Origin: Burkholderiales bacterium
GTDB taxonomy: Bacteria > Pseudomonadota > Gammaproteobacteria > Burkholderiales > Burkholderiaceae_D
Assembly: GCA_043741695.1 (NCBI GenBank)
Contig: JAYTZV010000387.1
Coordinates: forward strand, 1-48,837
Length of the DNA: 48,837 nt
Reading direction: 5' to 3'
Part shown: in pieces, positions 1 through 12,068 of the stretch
Layout of the letters: each line of letters begins with the position of its first letter
Position numbering within the stretch: position 1 is the first letter of the stretch
Program-made: the position numbers and the translations under genes
The notes under the pieces: generated by a model
The model's input: only the letters and a program-made list of their open reading frames with translations
The model's database searches: none
What the model was told of the DNA's origin: nothing

Positions 1-653
1 AACTGCGTCTCGTAACTTTTTTCCAGACCTTCCTTGCCGATGTAGTCGGTGCCGTTGTAGTTGGCATTAGCCGCGTCGTCGAGCTCGTCGATCTTTGCAG
101 CGTCGTTCTGGCTGATACGACCGATGTAACCGGTCACGTGGGATGCAGTCTGGCCTAACGGATATTGGCGGAATAAGCGTGCCTGGATTTCCACGCCGGG
201 AAAGCGATAGCGCTGCGCGGTGAAGCGCGCCACTTCCTCATCCGACAAGCGGGTGCGGATCGGCGTACTTTCAAAGTTGCGGTTTTCTTCCAGTAGCTTG
301 CGAAAGCGCTTGCGGTCTTTTTGCTGGATGTCGACCAGTATTGCCAGTTGGTCGATCGTCGCATCGAGTTCACTGTGCAGTTTTGACGGCGTGATTTCAA
401 GCGTGTACGCAGCAAAATTACGCGCCAAAACAATACCGTTGCGATCGAGGATCAGCCCGCGATTGGGCACCACTGGCACGACCGAGATGCGGTTGTCTTC
501 GGCCTGCGCTGCGTAGTCGTTATGCTTGAACACCTGCAGCCAGAAGAAGCGCGCGGTAAGCAAGCCGAAGCAGATGAACACGAAAAATCCTACGGCAGTT
601 ACCCGCAGTCGAAAATAATGCAGTTCACGTTCGGTATTTTTGAACTCGGTCAT
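1..653 (-). CDS. mrdA: Penicillin-binding protein 2, N-terminal part (runs off the window edge)
   Basis: Manual translation from ATG at 653: MTEFKNTERELHYFRLRVTAVGFFVFICFGLLTARFFWLQV...AEDNRISVVPVVPNRGLILDRNGIVLARN, a class B PBP TM anchor plus PxRGxIxDRNG motif. Lies directly after mreD. Missing from the ORF track because no stop codon is in the window. Confidence 0.95.
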   Translation of the reverse strand, partial: MTEFKNTERELHYFRLRVTAVGFFVFICFGLLTARFFWLQVFKHNDYAAQAEDNRISVVPVVPNRGLILDRNGIVLARNFAAYTLEITPSKLHSELDATIDQLAILVDIQQKDRKRFRKLLEENRNFESTPIRTRLSDEEVARFTAQRYRFPGVEIQARLFRQYPLGQTASHVTGYIGRISQNDAAKIDELDDAANANYNGTDYIGKEGLEKSYETQ

Positions 654-685
654 GCTGCCTACCACCACAAAAAAATCGTCTTCCC

Positions 686-719
686 GTTACAGCACGAAGT
701 TACAGCATGAAGTTACAGC
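686..719. repeat. 13-bp tandem repeat (GTTACAGCAYGAA x2.6) between mreD and mrdA
   Basis: gttacagcacgaa gttacagcatgaa gttacagc read directly. Confidence 0.85.
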
Positions 720-724
720 GCGGA

Positions 725-1237
725 TCAGATCGGCCGGGTTTCATCGCGATCGACTGCGCGTCGTTGCGGGGCCAGCAACAGCCACGTCACCACTGGCCAC
801 AACGCCACCGAAACCAGCGATTCGATAAAGAACAGCAAGCCCGGTGATTTGCCGGTAACCCACAAACGCACCAGTAACTGCACACCTTGCGTGATCAGCA
901 GGATCGGCAAGATGTGTAGCGCTTGCGTACGCACCGGAAACCACAACACGCGGCGATGAATCATGATCGCGAGATAAGACAGCAGCGTGTACACCAGCGC
1001 GTTCTCGCCAAGCAGAGACGCATCGTGTACATCCATCAGCAGGCCCATGAAAAACGCGACGCCAATGCCGACCTTGCGCGGCTGATGAATGCTCCAGAAA
1101 ATCAGTACCAGCGCGACGAAATCAGGCACACCGACGAGCGCGCCCCACGGCAGCAGATTGAGCAAAAATGCACCGATCAGGCTGACGATGATGAAGACCG
1201 GACTGACCGGTAGCAAAATATAATGGGGATCGTTCAT
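725..1237 (-). CDS. mreD: Rod shape-determining protein MreD
   Basis: 170-aa hydrophobic protein with PDFVALVLIFW and GLLMDV..SLLGENAL motifs; overlaps the mreC stop; canonical mreBCD-mrdA order. Confidence 0.95.
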   Translation of the reverse strand: MNDPHYILLPVSPVFIIVSLIGAFLLNLLPWGALVGVPDFVALVLIFWSIHQPRKVGIGVAFFMGLLMDVHDASLLGENALVYTLLSYLAIMIHRRVLWFPVRTQALHILPILLITQGVQLLVRLWVTGKSPGLLFFIESLVSVALWPVVTWLLLAPQRRAVDRDETRPI

Positions 1238-2247
1238 CGCGCAGCGCCTTTAGGAGGGTCAGCTTTGCCTGCATTTTTTGCGGCCGCTTTTGGATCACCT
1301 TTTACCGTATCTTTGCTACTGGCGTCCTTGCCGCTGGCCCCATCGCGCTGACGCATACGGCTGGCGCGCGTACTTTTTTCTTTCGGCTCTTCGGGTGCGA
1401 GTCGTGGCGCAGCCTTCGGTTGCGCCAGCAAAATCAGCAGCTGTTTGTTGCGGTCGATGCCGGCCGCCGGCTGACAGACAATGCGGGCGAAGGCGTCATT
1501 CGATTTGCTCTCGACCAGGGTAACGGTAGCGACCGCCAGCCCCGATGGATAAACGCCGTCGATCCCGGAGGTCACTAGCTTGTCGCCCTTTTGAATGTCG
1601 GCATTCGCTGCCATGAATTTCAAATCCAGCACGCCGCTTTGACCGCGACCGTATGCCACACTGCGCAAGCCATTGCGCAATACCTGTACCGGAATCGCCT
1701 GATCTTTATCGGTCAGCAGCGTGGCCTCGGACGTAAATGGAAACACCCGCGTAATTTGCCCCACCACGCCGGTATCGTCGATCACGGGCTGACCCGCAAC
1801 TACCCCCTGCTGCGCACCGCGATCGAGCACGATTTTGCGAGCGAAGACATCGCGCGCGTCATACAGGATTTCGCTCATCAGCGACTTTACGGGCAGCTGT
1901 TCGGCCGCACCGAGCAGTTGCCGCAGATGCGCATTCTCGCTGAATAATTGTTGGCCGCGCTGCAGTGTCTGCGCATTGGCCGCCTGCTGCATGCGCAGCT
2001 GTTTGTTCTCGCGTTCGACCGATGACAGCGTATAAAAATATCCGGCAACGCCCATGACCGCGTTGCGTGGCACCAGAGCGACCATCTGCAGCGGATAAAG
2101 CGCGGTGCCGACTACCCGGCGAATCATTGCAAGCGATTGCATACGCGAATCGACGATCAGCAGCGCCATCGCAATCAGCGAAAAAAACACCACTTTTGCG
2201 CGTGCCGATGCACCTTGCTTGAATAGTGGTGGTGGGCTGTATTCCAT
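1234..2247 (-). CDS. mreC: Rod shape-determining protein MreC
   Basis: N-terminal TM, coiled coil (ENKQLR, ENAHLRQLL), GVVGQI and VTSGIDGVYPSGLAVA motifs. Confidence 0.96.
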   Translation of the reverse strand: MEYSPPPLFKQGASARAKVVFFSLIAMALLIVDSRMQSLAMIRRVVGTALYPLQMVALVPRNAVMGVAGYFYTLSSVERENKQLRMQQAANAQTLQRGQQLFSENAHLRQLLGAAEQLPVKSLMSEILYDARDVFARKIVLDRGAQQGVVAGQPVIDDTGVVGQITRVFPFTSEATLLTDKDQAIPVQVLRNGLRSVAYGRGQSGVLDLKFMAANADIQKGDKLVTSGIDGVYPSGLAVATVTLVESKSNDAFARIVCQPAAGIDRNKQLLILLAQPKAAPRLAPEEPKEKSTRASRMRQRDGASGKDASSKDTVKGDPKAAAKNAGKADPPKGAAR

Positions 2248-2427
2248 TTAATGCGTGGGGTCGGGACCGGTGGGAAGTGCGCCGAATATTGTTGACCGCA
2301 ACAATACAGTCAACCTGATCCGTCTGGCTTGCAAAGGGCTGCAAAAAGCGGATGACGCGTTTTTCATTTCAGCGTGTTGAAGCAGAATCGTGGCAGAGTC
2401 GTGGCAAATTCTTTGCAGGCTGTCTGC

Positions 2428-4028
<1,601 letters not shown>

Positions 4029-4040
<12 letters not shown>

Positions 4041-4090
4041 GGTGATTGACTGAGGTGATCGACTGGGGTGATGAACTAAACCAGTCAATC
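4029..4090. repeat. 13-bp tandem repeat duplicating the gatC 3' end (GTGATTGACTGAG x4, decaying) plus one inverted partial copy
   Basis: gtgattgactgag / gtgattgactgag / gtgatcgactggg / gtgatgaactaaa at 4029-4080; cagtcaatc at 4082-4090 is the reverse complement of gattgactg. Confidence 0.9.
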
Positions 4091-4131
4091 GACGAATTGC
4101 ACTGCGCGAACTGCGCAACTAAAAAAATCAC

Positions 4132-5589
4132 ATGCACACCAAAACCATTAAAGAACTGTCGACCCTGCTGCACTCCCGTCAAGTGTCGGCGACCGAACTG
4201 GCGCAGCATTATTTGCAGCGGATCGGCGCCAGCGATCTGAATGCATTTCTTCAAGTGGACGCCGATCTCACGCTGCAGCAGGCAAAAGCCGCAGATCAGC
4301 GTCTTGCCAACGGCAATGCCGGAGCACTGACCGGCATTCCGATCGCGCACAAGGATATTTTTGTCACGCGTGGCTGGCGCTCCACCGCCGGCTCACGCAT
4401 GCTGGCCAACTACGTCAGCCCGTTCGACGCAACCGTGGTCGAGCGCTTCAATGCGGCGGGCACGGTCACGCTGGGCAAACTCAATTGCGATGAATTTGCG
4501 ATGGGGTCATCAAACCAGAATTCGTACTTTGGCCCTGTTAAAAATCCATGGGACAAAACCGCGATACCGGGCGGCTCGTCGGGTGGCTCGGCTGCCGCGA
4601 TTGCTGCGCGACTGGCACCGGCAGCCACCGCAACCGACACCGGCGGCTCGATCCGCCAACCGGCGTCTCTGTGCGGCATCACCGGCATTAAACCGACGTA
4701 CGGACGCGTCTCTCGCTTCGGCATGATTGCGTTTGCCTCGTCGCTGGATCAAGCTGGACCGATGGCGCAAACCGCCGAAGATTGCGCGTTGTTACTCAAT
4801 GCGATGGCCGGGTTCGACGCGCGTGATTCAACCAGTATCGAGCGCGACAACGAAGACTTCACGCGCGACCTGCAACGTGATGTACGCGGTTTGCGCATCG
4901 GTGTACCACGCGAATATTTTGGTGATGGATTAGCCGCCGATGTAGCGTTGGCAGTGCGCGCTGCATTGGCAGAATTTGAAAAAATGGGCGCCACACTGGT
5001 CGACATTTCATTACCCAAAACCGCGTTGTCGATCCCGGTGTATTACGTGATCGCGCCGGCGGAAGCATCGTCGAACTTGAGTCGTTTCGATGGCGTGCGT
5101 TACGGCCATCGTGCGGCGAACTATGGCGATCTGACCGAGATGTACAAGCGCACCCGCGCCGAAGGTTTTGGTGAAGAAGTCAAACTGCGAATTCTGGTTG
5201 GTGCGTACGTGCTGTCGCATGGTTATTACGATGCGTACTATTTGCAAGCGCAAAAAATTCGCCGTTTGATCGCGGAAGATTTCCGGCAAGCGTTCACGCA
5301 GTGTGACGTGATTATGGGGCCGGTATCACCAACCGTGGCGTGGGACCTGGGTGAAAAAGCCGACGACCCAGTTGCTAATTATCTGGCCGATATTTTTACC
5401 TTGTCGACCAGTCTTGCGGGCTTGCCCGGCATGTCGATTCCGTGCGGTTTCGGGCAAGGCGAAAAAAATTCCAAGCGCCCGGTCGGCCTGCAATTAATTG
5501 GTAATTATTTCGACGAAGCGAAGCTGCTCAATGTCGCGCATCAATATCAACAAGCGTCGCAGTGGCATCAACTGCATCCGGCAGATTGA
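4132..5589 (+). CDS. gatA: Asp/Glu-tRNA amidotransferase subunit A
   Basis: Amidase signature [33 protein letters not shown]. Confidence 0.98.
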   Translation: MHTKTIKELSTLLHSRQVSATELAQHYLQRIGASDLNAFLQVDADLTLQQAKAADQRLANGNAGALTGIPIAHKDIFVTRGWRSTAGSRMLANYVSPFDATVVERFNAAGTVTLGKLNCDEFAMGSSNQNSYFGPVKNPWDKTAIPGGSSGGSAAAIAARLAPAATATDTGGSIRQPASLCGITGIKPTYGRVSRFGMIAFASSLDQAGPMAQTAEDCALLLNAMAGFDARDSTSIERDNEDFTRDLQRDVRGLRIGVPREYFGDGLAADVALAVRAALAEFEKMGATLVDISLPKTALSIPVYYVIAPAEASSNLSRFDGVRYGHRAANYGDLTEMYKRTRAEGFGEEVKLRILVGAYVLSHGYYDAYYLQAQKIRRLIAEDFRQAFTQCDVIMGPVSPTVAWDLGEKADDPVANYLADIFTLSTSLAGLPGMSIPCGFGQGEKNSKRPVGLQLIGNYFDEAKLLNVAHQYQQASQWHQLHPAD

Positions 5590-5601
5590 TTGGGAGGACG
5601 C

Positions 5602-6111
5602 ATGCGCGATCTATCAAGTTGGTTGACTGGTTTAGTGATGTTGTGCGCGCTGCACAATGCGGGGGCGCAGAGCATGAACACTAAATTCTCCTGCAGTCAG
5701 GTGGCTGACGATGGCGGTGAAAAAATCACGATGGCGGACATCGGCGAGATCGATATTTCGGGTGACAGCATCCGCACCTTCCGTTGGGAATCGACGATTT
5801 ATCGCGCCACCCATGGCTACGATTGCGACATCGACGAAGACGATGGCTTGCAGGCCGAAGTACGCAGCGATGCTGGTCATTCCGCGTGGCGCGTGGCGCT
5901 CAAAGACGGTCGTGCGGCCCGGATAAAACGCGGGTACAACTTCGAGCGTGGCGTCAATTGCACGATTCGGCTCGATCAGGAAGGCGATACGATAACGCTG
6001 CGGCCGAGTTGCCCGGCGCTGTGCGGATCGCGCATTAATTTTTCGACGGTGGCATTCAATCTGAAGACCGGCGCCTGTCGCTACGAGCAAGCGGCTGCGA
6101 GCAAGCCTTAA
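5602..6111 (+). CDS. Hypothetical secreted Cys-rich protein (169 aa) inside gatCAB
   Basis: GGAGG RBS before ATG 5602; signal-peptide-like N-terminus ending ..HNAGA-Q; six Cys after the signal; fills the gatA-gatB gap on the same strand. Confidence 0.8.
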   Translation: MRDLSSWLTGLVMLCALHNAGAQSMNTKFSCSQVADDGGEKITMADIGEIDISGDSIRTFRWESTIYRATHGYDCDIDEDDGLQAEVRSDAGHSAWRVALKDGRAARIKRGYNFERGVNCTIRLDQEGDTITLRPSCPALCGSRINFSTVAFNLKTGACRYEQAAASKP

Positions 6112-6193
6112 TCCATAAACCGTAAAACCTATGCGGTCATGAACAAGCCCCCGTGCTGAACATGACACGAACAACTTTTGAAGTAAGCGAGGC

Positions 6194-7660
6194 ATGACCA
6201 TGCAGTGGGAAGTCGTCATTGGATTGGAAACACACACACAGTTGACCACCCAGTCAAAAATTTTTAGTGGCTCGTCGATTCGCTTTGGCGCCGCGCCGAA
6301 TACGCAAGCCTCACCTGTGGATTTGGCGCTGCCGGGTGTGCTGCCGGTGATGAACCGCGGTGCTGTCGAACGTGCGATTCAATTTGGGCTGGCGGTGGAT
6401 GCGACTATCACACCGCATTCAGTGTTCGCCCGCAAAAATTATTTTTATCCGGATCTGCCGAAAGGCTATCAAATCAGCCAGTTTGAAATCCCGGTAGTGC
6501 AAGGTGGTCGTGTCGCATTTGTGATGGAAAAAGACGGCAAGCCAGAACTGCGCACCGTGCAACTGACCCGTGCGCATCTGGAAGAAGATGCGGGTAAATC
6601 GCTGCATGAAGATTATCAGGGCATGACCGGTATCGATCTGAATCGTGCCGGCACACCGCTGCTGGAAATCGTCACCGAGCCCGACATGCGCAGCGCCGCT
6701 GAAGCAGTCGCCTATGCAAAAGCATTGCATGCGCTGGTGACCTGGCTAGGTATTTGCGACGGCAACATGCAAGAAGGATCGTTCCGTTGCGACGCCAATG
6801 TATCGGTGCGGCCAGTTGGCCAAGCGCAGTACGGCACGCGTTGCGAAATCAAGAATCTGAATTCATTTCGCTTTCTCGAAGACGCAATCAATTACGAAGT
6901 GCGTCGGCAGATTGAATTGATTGAAGACGGTGGGCGGGTGGTGCAAGAAACGCGTTTGTATGATCCCGACAAACACGAAACTCGCTCAATGCGCAGCAAG
7001 GAAGACGCGCAGGATTATCGCTATTTTCCTGATCCGGATTTGCCGCCGCTGGTTATCGGCGCAGAATGGATTGCCCGCGTCAAAGCGGCAATGCCGGAGT
7101 TGCCGGGCGCGATGCGTACGCGCTTTATTGCTGATTTTGGCCTGACCGATTACGACGCGGTAGTACTCACACAAAGCAAGGCGATGGCGCATTATTTTGA
7201 AGCTGTCACGTCGCTGACCGGCAAAGCGCATGCCAAACTCGCAGCGAACTGGCTGATGGGGGACGTAGCCTCGACCATCAACCGGGCCGGTATCGATATC
7301 GAACAATCACCGGTCAGTGCCGCACAATTGGCACTGCTATTGCAACGAATTGCGGACGGCACGATTTCAAACAAGATTGCCAAGGAAATTTTTGCGGCGA
7401 TGTTTGACGCAGCGTCGTCTGACCCGTTGCTCGCTGATCAGTTGATCGAGTCGAAGGGATTGAAACAAATTTCTGATAGCGGTGCGCTGGAAGCGATCAT
7501 TGATGACGTGTTGGCGGCGAATGCCAAGTCGGTCGAAGAATTCCGTGCCGGCAAAGAGAAAGCATTCAATGCACTGATCGGACAGGCAATGAAGGCGTCA
7601 AAGGGCAAAGCCAATCCGGCGCAGTTGACCGAGCTGCTGCGGCAAAAATTGTCCTTTTAA
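6194..7660 (+). CDS. gatB: Asp/Glu-tRNA amidotransferase subunit B
   Basis: [48 protein letters not shown]; start may be 6200. Confidence 0.98.
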   Translation: MTMQWEVVIGLETHTQLTTQSKIFSGSSIRFGAAPNTQASPVDLALPGVLPVMNRGAVERAIQFGLAVDATITPHSVFARKNYFYPDLPKGYQISQFEIPVVQGGRVAFVMEKDGKPELRTVQLTRAHLEEDAGKSLHEDYQGMTGIDLNRAGTPLLEIVTEPDMRSAAEAVAYAKALHALVTWLGICDGNMQEGSFRCDANVSVRPVGQAQYGTRCEIKNLNSFRFLEDAINYEVRRQIELIEDGGRVVQETRLYDPDKHETRSMRSKEDAQDYRYFPDPDLPPLVIGAEWIARVKAAMPELPGAMRTRFIADFGLTDYDAVVLTQSKAMAHYFEAVTSLTGKAHAKLAANWLMGDVASTINRAGIDIEQSPVSAAQLALLLQRIADGTISNKIAKEIFAAMFDAASSDPLLADQLIESKGLKQISDSGALEAIIDDVLAANAKSVEEFRAGKEKAFNALIGQAMKASKGKANPAQLTELLRQKLSF

Positions 7661-7688
7661 GCAACTCGCAAAGCGGCAAGCCTGCACA

Positions 7689-8327
7689 CTATTTGACCGC
7701 GCTGGTATCGGTCAATTCCTGATAACGTTTGCGCGTATCGTCGAACGTCTGGTCCAGCTGCGACAAATCACTTTGGATCTGCCGCTTGCGGCTGGCTTCG
7801 GCGCTGACACTGGTCCTGGCATCAGCGATGCGCTGTTGCATATAAGGCGGTATGTTCTTGCCGCTGCGTCGTGCCGCCTCCACTTCTGCGCTCTTTAGTT
7901 GATCGGTCGCCAGCGCGAGCGCGGCATCGCTCTGCCGGATTTTTTCCTGCAGATCGGCCAGTGCGCGCTGATGTGCGCGGTCAATTTCACCCTCATTGCG
8001 AAAACGCGCCAGCAGTGCCTGATCGTGCCGCCGCGCTTCCAATGCGACATCGGCCTGTTGCCTCGCGCGCTCTTCATCGAGTTGCTTTGCGTGTCGCTGT
8101 TCGGCAGTCAGCGGCGCGGGAATAACACGCCGGACAATTCCGTTCTTGCCGATTTCGCGCATGTCGCGCGCGGCGCATTCAGGAATTTCACGGTCGGACG
8201 TCAATGTACGACCGTGGCTATCCTTGCATGAAAAGATTTGCGCCTGCACGAGACCGGACACGGCCGCAGCCGCGAGCAGGATGGTCGACATTGTGGTCCG
8301 CACTACGCCTCGCACATTTGCATGCAT
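7689..8327 (-). CDS. DUF4124-like secreted protein with C-terminal coiled coil
   Basis: Signal peptide, then QIFSCKDSHGRTLTSDREIPEC (DUF4124-type) and a DQALLARF helical region; start may be 8291. Confidence 0.8.
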   Translation of the reverse strand: MHANVRGVVRTTMSTILLAAAAVSGLVQAQIFSCKDSHGRTLTSDREIPECAARDMREIGKNGIVRRVIPAPLTAEQRHAKQLDEERARQQADVALEARRHDQALLARFRNEGEIDRAHQRALADLQEKIRQSDAALALATDQLKSAEVEAARRSGKNIPPYMQQRIADARTSVSAEASRKRQIQSDLSQLDQTFDDTRKRYQELTDTSAVK

Positions 8328-8348
8328 CAGGGTCTCTTTCGCGTCGGA

Positions 8349-9020
8349 TCAGGCGTCGGTGACACCATAGCGCTGCCGATACGCGGCGATCGCTTTCTGA
8401 TGTTGAGCCAATGCACCGGTCGCACTTTCACCTTCCAGATAGCCCAGCAAATCGGTCAGGTTACCGATCGAAATCACGGGAATACCGTAATTCTGACTAA
8501 CCTCCTGCACTGCAGAATGTGCCGAAAGTGCGTCATCCTTACCGGCGCGTTCCATCCGATCCAGCGCGATCAGCACCGCGCACGGCGTGGCACCGGCGGC
8601 GCGGATCAAGTCGACCGATTCGCGCACCGAGGTGCCCGCTGAAATCACGTCATCGATAATGACAACCCTGCCTGCTAGCGCAGCACCGACAATGCTGCCG
8701 CCTTCGCCGTGGTCCTTGGCTTCCTTACGGTTGAACGCAAACGGTACATTGCGGTTTTTTGCCGCCAGCGCGACGGCCGTGGCTGACGCCAGCGTGATGC
8801 CTTTGTAGGCCGGGCCGAACAGCATGTCGAACTCGATACCAGCGTCAAGCAACGACTGCGCATAAAACTCAGCGAGACGGCCCAGCGTGGCACCGTCATT
8901 GAACGCGCCTGCATTAAAAAAATAGGGAGAAGTGCGACCTGCTTTGGTGACGAATTCGCCGAAGCGGAGTACGCCGCTGGCAACGGCAAATTCGATAAAT
9001 TGTTGGCGTAAATTATTCAA
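8349..9020 (-). CDS. pyrE: Orotate phosphoribosyltransferase
   Basis: [34 protein letters not shown] motif [16 protein letters not shown] start at 9020 follows a GAGGA RBS (ATG 9032 is an alternative). Confidence 0.96.
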   Translation of the reverse strand: MNNLRQQFIEFAVASGVLRFGEFVTKAGRTSPYFFNAGAFNDGATLGRLAEFYAQSLLDAGIEFDMLFGPAYKGITLASATAVALAAKNRNVPFAFNRKEAKDHGEGGSIVGAALAGRVVIIDDVISAGTSVRESVDLIRAAGATPCAVLIALDRMERAGKDDALSAHSAVQEVSQNYGIPVISIGNLTDLLGYLEGESATGALAQHQKAIAAYRQRYGVTDA

Positions 9021-9129
9021 CTGCGTCCTCATTGCTGACTGTTGGTGGCTAGTGCCGTTCAGCACCCGGGCCGCCCATTTTAAATCCGTTACCGGTTTTT
9101 CTGGCAACTTTCCGTGTCATCTTGCTTCC

Positions 9130-9160
9130 CAGCGTTGTCAGCGTTGTCAGCGTTGTCAGC
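9130..9160. repeat. 9-bp perfect tandem repeat (CAGCGTTGT x3.4) in the pyrE/xth divergent region
   Basis: cagcgttgt cagcgttgt cagcgttgt cagc. Confidence 0.9.
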
Positions 9161-9226
9161 CGGACCTTAACGCGATGCCACATCTGATCGGTTATCCTTG
9201 CCAATCTTCTTTTTGACCCCACAGTC

Positions 9227-9997
9227 ATGCTAAAAATTATCGCCGCCAATCTCAACGGTATCCGCTCCGCCAGTAAAAAAGGTTTTTTCGACTGGATGGC
9301 AAAACAAGATGCCGACTTCGTCTGTGTGCAGGAATTGAAAGCGCAAGCGGGTGATATGTCGCCAGAAATGCTCTCACCGCCCGGCTATCACGGCTTTTTT
9401 CATTATGCTGAAAAAAAAGGCTATTCAGGTACCGGCATCTACAGCAAAACGGTACCAGATGCGGTGATCACTGGCTTTGGCAATCCCGAATTCGATGCGG
9501 AGGGCCGCTATGTGCAATGTGATTTTGCGAACCTCAGCGTGATCTCGGTCTACTGTCCTTCGGGCTCATCGAGCGAAGAACGGCAGCAGGCAAAATTTCG
9601 TTTCATGGAAGTGTTTTTGCCGCATCTCGATGTGCTGCGTGCGCGCGGTCGGGAAGTGGTTATTTGCGGCGACTGGAATATCGCGCACAAGGAAATTGAT
9701 CTTAAAAACTGGAAAGGCAATCTGAAGAATTCAGGTTTCCTGCCGGAAGAGCGCGCGTGGTTATCGCGGATTTTTGATGAACTGAATCTGGTCGATGTGT
9801 TTCGCAAAGTTGAGCCCGGTGCCGAGCAGTACACCTGGTGGAGTAATCGCGGCCAAGCGTATGCCAAGAATGTGGGATGGCGTATTGATTATCAGATTGC
9901 GACGCAGGGGATTGCCGCCAAGGCGCGCACCGTGTCGATCTACAAAGACGAACGGTTTTCAGATCACGCGCCGTTGACGATCGAGTACTCGAATTAA
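9227..9997 (+). CDS. xth: Exodeoxyribonuclease III family AP endonuclease
   Basis: NLNGIRS, CVQELK, GYSGTG, GDWNIAH, GWRIDY and SDHAP catalytic motifs. Confidence 0.93.
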   Translation: MLKIIAANLNGIRSASKKGFFDWMAKQDADFVCVQELKAQAGDMSPEMLSPPGYHGFFHYAEKKGYSGTGIYSKTVPDAVITGFGNPEFDAEGRYVQCDFANLSVISVYCPSGSSSEERQQAKFRFMEVFLPHLDVLRARGREVVICGDWNIAHKEIDLKNWKGNLKNSGFLPEERAWLSRIFDELNLVDVFRKVEPGAEQYTWWSNRGQAYAKNVGWRIDYQIATQGIAAKARTVSIYKDERFSDHAPLTIEYSN

Positions 9998-10016
9998 CGA
10001 GAAGGCACCCACTTTC

Positions 10017-11345
10017 CTATGTGTTTGCTCGCGCCTGCATGCGCCAGAGCAATGCCAGCAGCAAGAGAGGCGGAATTGCCGTGAGGCTGGTAGCGATAAA
10101 CGCCGTGGCGTAGGCACCGAGCAATCCGTGCGTGGGCGTGAGTACATCGACCGCTACCCCTGAAAAACCCTTGAGAAATTTACCCAACAACGCATAGGTC
10201 GACGATAGCATCGCATATTGCGTGGCGGTATAGCCCAGGCTTGTCAGGCTCGACATGTACGTGACCAGCGCAACACCAGCATACGTTTGTGCAAAGCTAT
10301 CGAAAGCCATCACCGTGGCGAACAAGCCGGGTTGGGGAGCCATGCTAAGTAGCGCGAAGGCGGCTGTGCCGAGGCCCTCGAGCACGATTCCCACCATCAG
10401 CGTCGGCATCATGCCGAGTCGCACGACGCTGAGCCCGCCAGCCGCGATGCCGGCGAACGTTGCGACAAAGCCGAACGTGCCGCGTACGAACGCGACAGTA
10501 TCCTTGGTCAATCCAAGGTCATGGTAATACGGGTTGTACATCGGCCCCATCACGAAATCGGGCAAGCGGTACAGCGCGACCATCAGCAGCATCACCAAAC
10601 CCACGGCCTTATGCTTTTTGAAGAAGTCGACAAACGGACCGATCACCGCATCCCCGAAACCGCGCAGCGTCCATAGCGGCGGCTTGCTTTGCAGAACAAC
10701 GTCGGCACGGGTGGGCTCGAATGCAAAGAACGTCGCCACGATGCCGATCGTCATCAGCACTGCCATGGCGATATACGACAGGGGCCAACCGATACGCGCT
10801 GCCATCGCGATCACGAGCGCGTCAGTGACAATCATCGCGATGCGGTATCCCAGTTGCGCGGCCGACGTCATCAAGCCGACCTCGTCTGAATCGCTGGCCG
10901 CCTCGATACGCCAGGCATCGATCACGATGTCCTGCGTCGCCGATGCAAACGCGGTGATCAATGCAAAGACGCCGATCGCCGCGAGACCGCCGCTGGTGCC
11001 GACCAGCGCCATACCGACAAGTCCGGTCGCCACGAGTAACTGGCACAGCATCATCCAACCGCGGCGGCGGCCGAGACGACCGAACAGCGGCAGATTAATT
11101 CGATCGACCAGTGGCGACCAATAGACCTTGAACGCATAGGCGAAGCCTACCCAGGAGATGAAACCGATGGCGAGCAGGCTGGTGCCCGCATCGCGCAGCC
11201 AGTAACCAAACGTGTTGGCAGTAAGCAGGAAAGGCAGGCCCGACGAGAAGCCGAGCGCGAACATCACGGCGACTTTCGGCTGCCGCAATTCGCGTAATAC
11301 CTGAAGCCCGGAGCGCTTGCGCAGAGGAGGTGCGGTGTCAGACAT
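10017..11345 (-). CDS. AmpG-family MFS transporter (muropeptide permease-like)
   Basis: LGFSSGLPF, WSPLVD, GRRRGW, SATQDIVIDAWRIE and ATQYAMLSS are AmpG-family motifs. Confidence 0.88.
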   Translation of the reverse strand: MSDTAPPLRKRSGLQVLRELRQPKVAVMFALGFSSGLPFLLTANTFGYWLRDAGTSLLAIGFISWVGFAYAFKVYWSPLVDRINLPLFGRLGRRRGWMMLCQLLVATGLVGMALVGTSGGLAAIGVFALITAFASATQDIVIDAWRIEAASDSDEVGLMTSAAQLGYRIAMIVTDALVIAMAARIGWPLSYIAMAVLMTIGIVATFFAFEPTRADVVLQSKPPLWTLRGFGDAVIGPFVDFFKKHKAVGLVMLLMVALYRLPDFVMGPMYNPYYHDLGLTKDTVAFVRGTFGFVATFAGIAAGGLSVVRLGMMPTLMVGIVLEGLGTAAFALLSMAPQPGLFATVMAFDSFAQTYAGVALVTYMSSLTSLGYTATQYAMLSSTYALLGKFLKGFSGVAVDVLTPTHGLLGAYATAFIATSLTAIPPLLLLALLWRMQARANT

Positions 11346-11462
11346 CGCTTGCCGATGAGAGTTTGATTGGCGCGGGCATCGGCCGCGACACTGCGGGGAC
11401 CCGCAACCAGGTTCGTCGAACTATGACGCTGAGCAGGTTTAGGTAATCGAGTGACGAAAACA

Positions 11463-12068
11463 TTATTTCTTTCTGAGCCTGAATACGGCCAGGCTACCGC
11501 GCCAGTTCGGTAACAATGTGACAGGTTTGCCATCTTCTTTCAGGGCGACGCATTCGAGCACGTCGAGCCCGACTTCGTTGGCGAGTTCCTCAAAATCCTT
11601 GATCGTCGCGCATCGCAGGTTCGGTGTGTCATACCATGCATACGGCAGGCTCTTCGAGACCGGCATACGGCCGCTTAGCAATGACAGCCGATGCGGCCAG
11701 TAAGCAAAATTCGGAAACGAGACGATCGCTTCGCGACCCACCCGCGCAATATCGCGCAGAACATCTTCGACGTTTTCAATCATCTGCAGCGCCGACAAAC
11801 ACAGCACAGTATCGAACGCGTTATCGGCAAACATCGCCAGGCCCGCTTCCAGATCTTGCTGAATCACAGAGACACCGCGATCAATGCAAGGCGGGATTTT
11901 ATCGTCATCGATCTCGATACCGTAGCCAAAGCAGCCTTTGTCGGTTTGCAGATAATCGAGCATCACGCCGTCGCCGCAACCGAGGTCGAGTACGTGGGTT
12001 TGTGGGCGTACCCAGTGCGCAATGAACGCCAGATCCGCACGCAGATGAATCAGCTCCTTGAAGTTCAT
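11463..12068 (-). CDS. metW: Methionine biosynthesis protein MetW
   Basis: [34 protein letters not shown]; overlaps the metX stop. Confidence 0.95.
   Translation of the reverse strand: MNFKELIHLRADLAFIAHWVRPQTHVLDLGCGDGVMLDYLQTDKGCFGYGIEIDDDKIPPCIDRGVSVIQQDLEAGLAMFADNAFDTVLCLSALQMIENVEDVLRDIARVGREAIVSFPNFAYWPHRLSLLSGRMPVSKSLPYAWYDTPNLRCATIKDFEELANEVGLDVLECVALKEDGKPVTLLPNWRGSLAVFRLRKK

Noticed and set aside
9227-9997. Crc (catabolite repression control) assignment, suggested by the divergent position next to pyrE as in Pseudomonas
   Set aside because: The nuclease catalytic motifs appear intact and the host looks betaproteobacterial; kept as an ExoIII-family nuclease.
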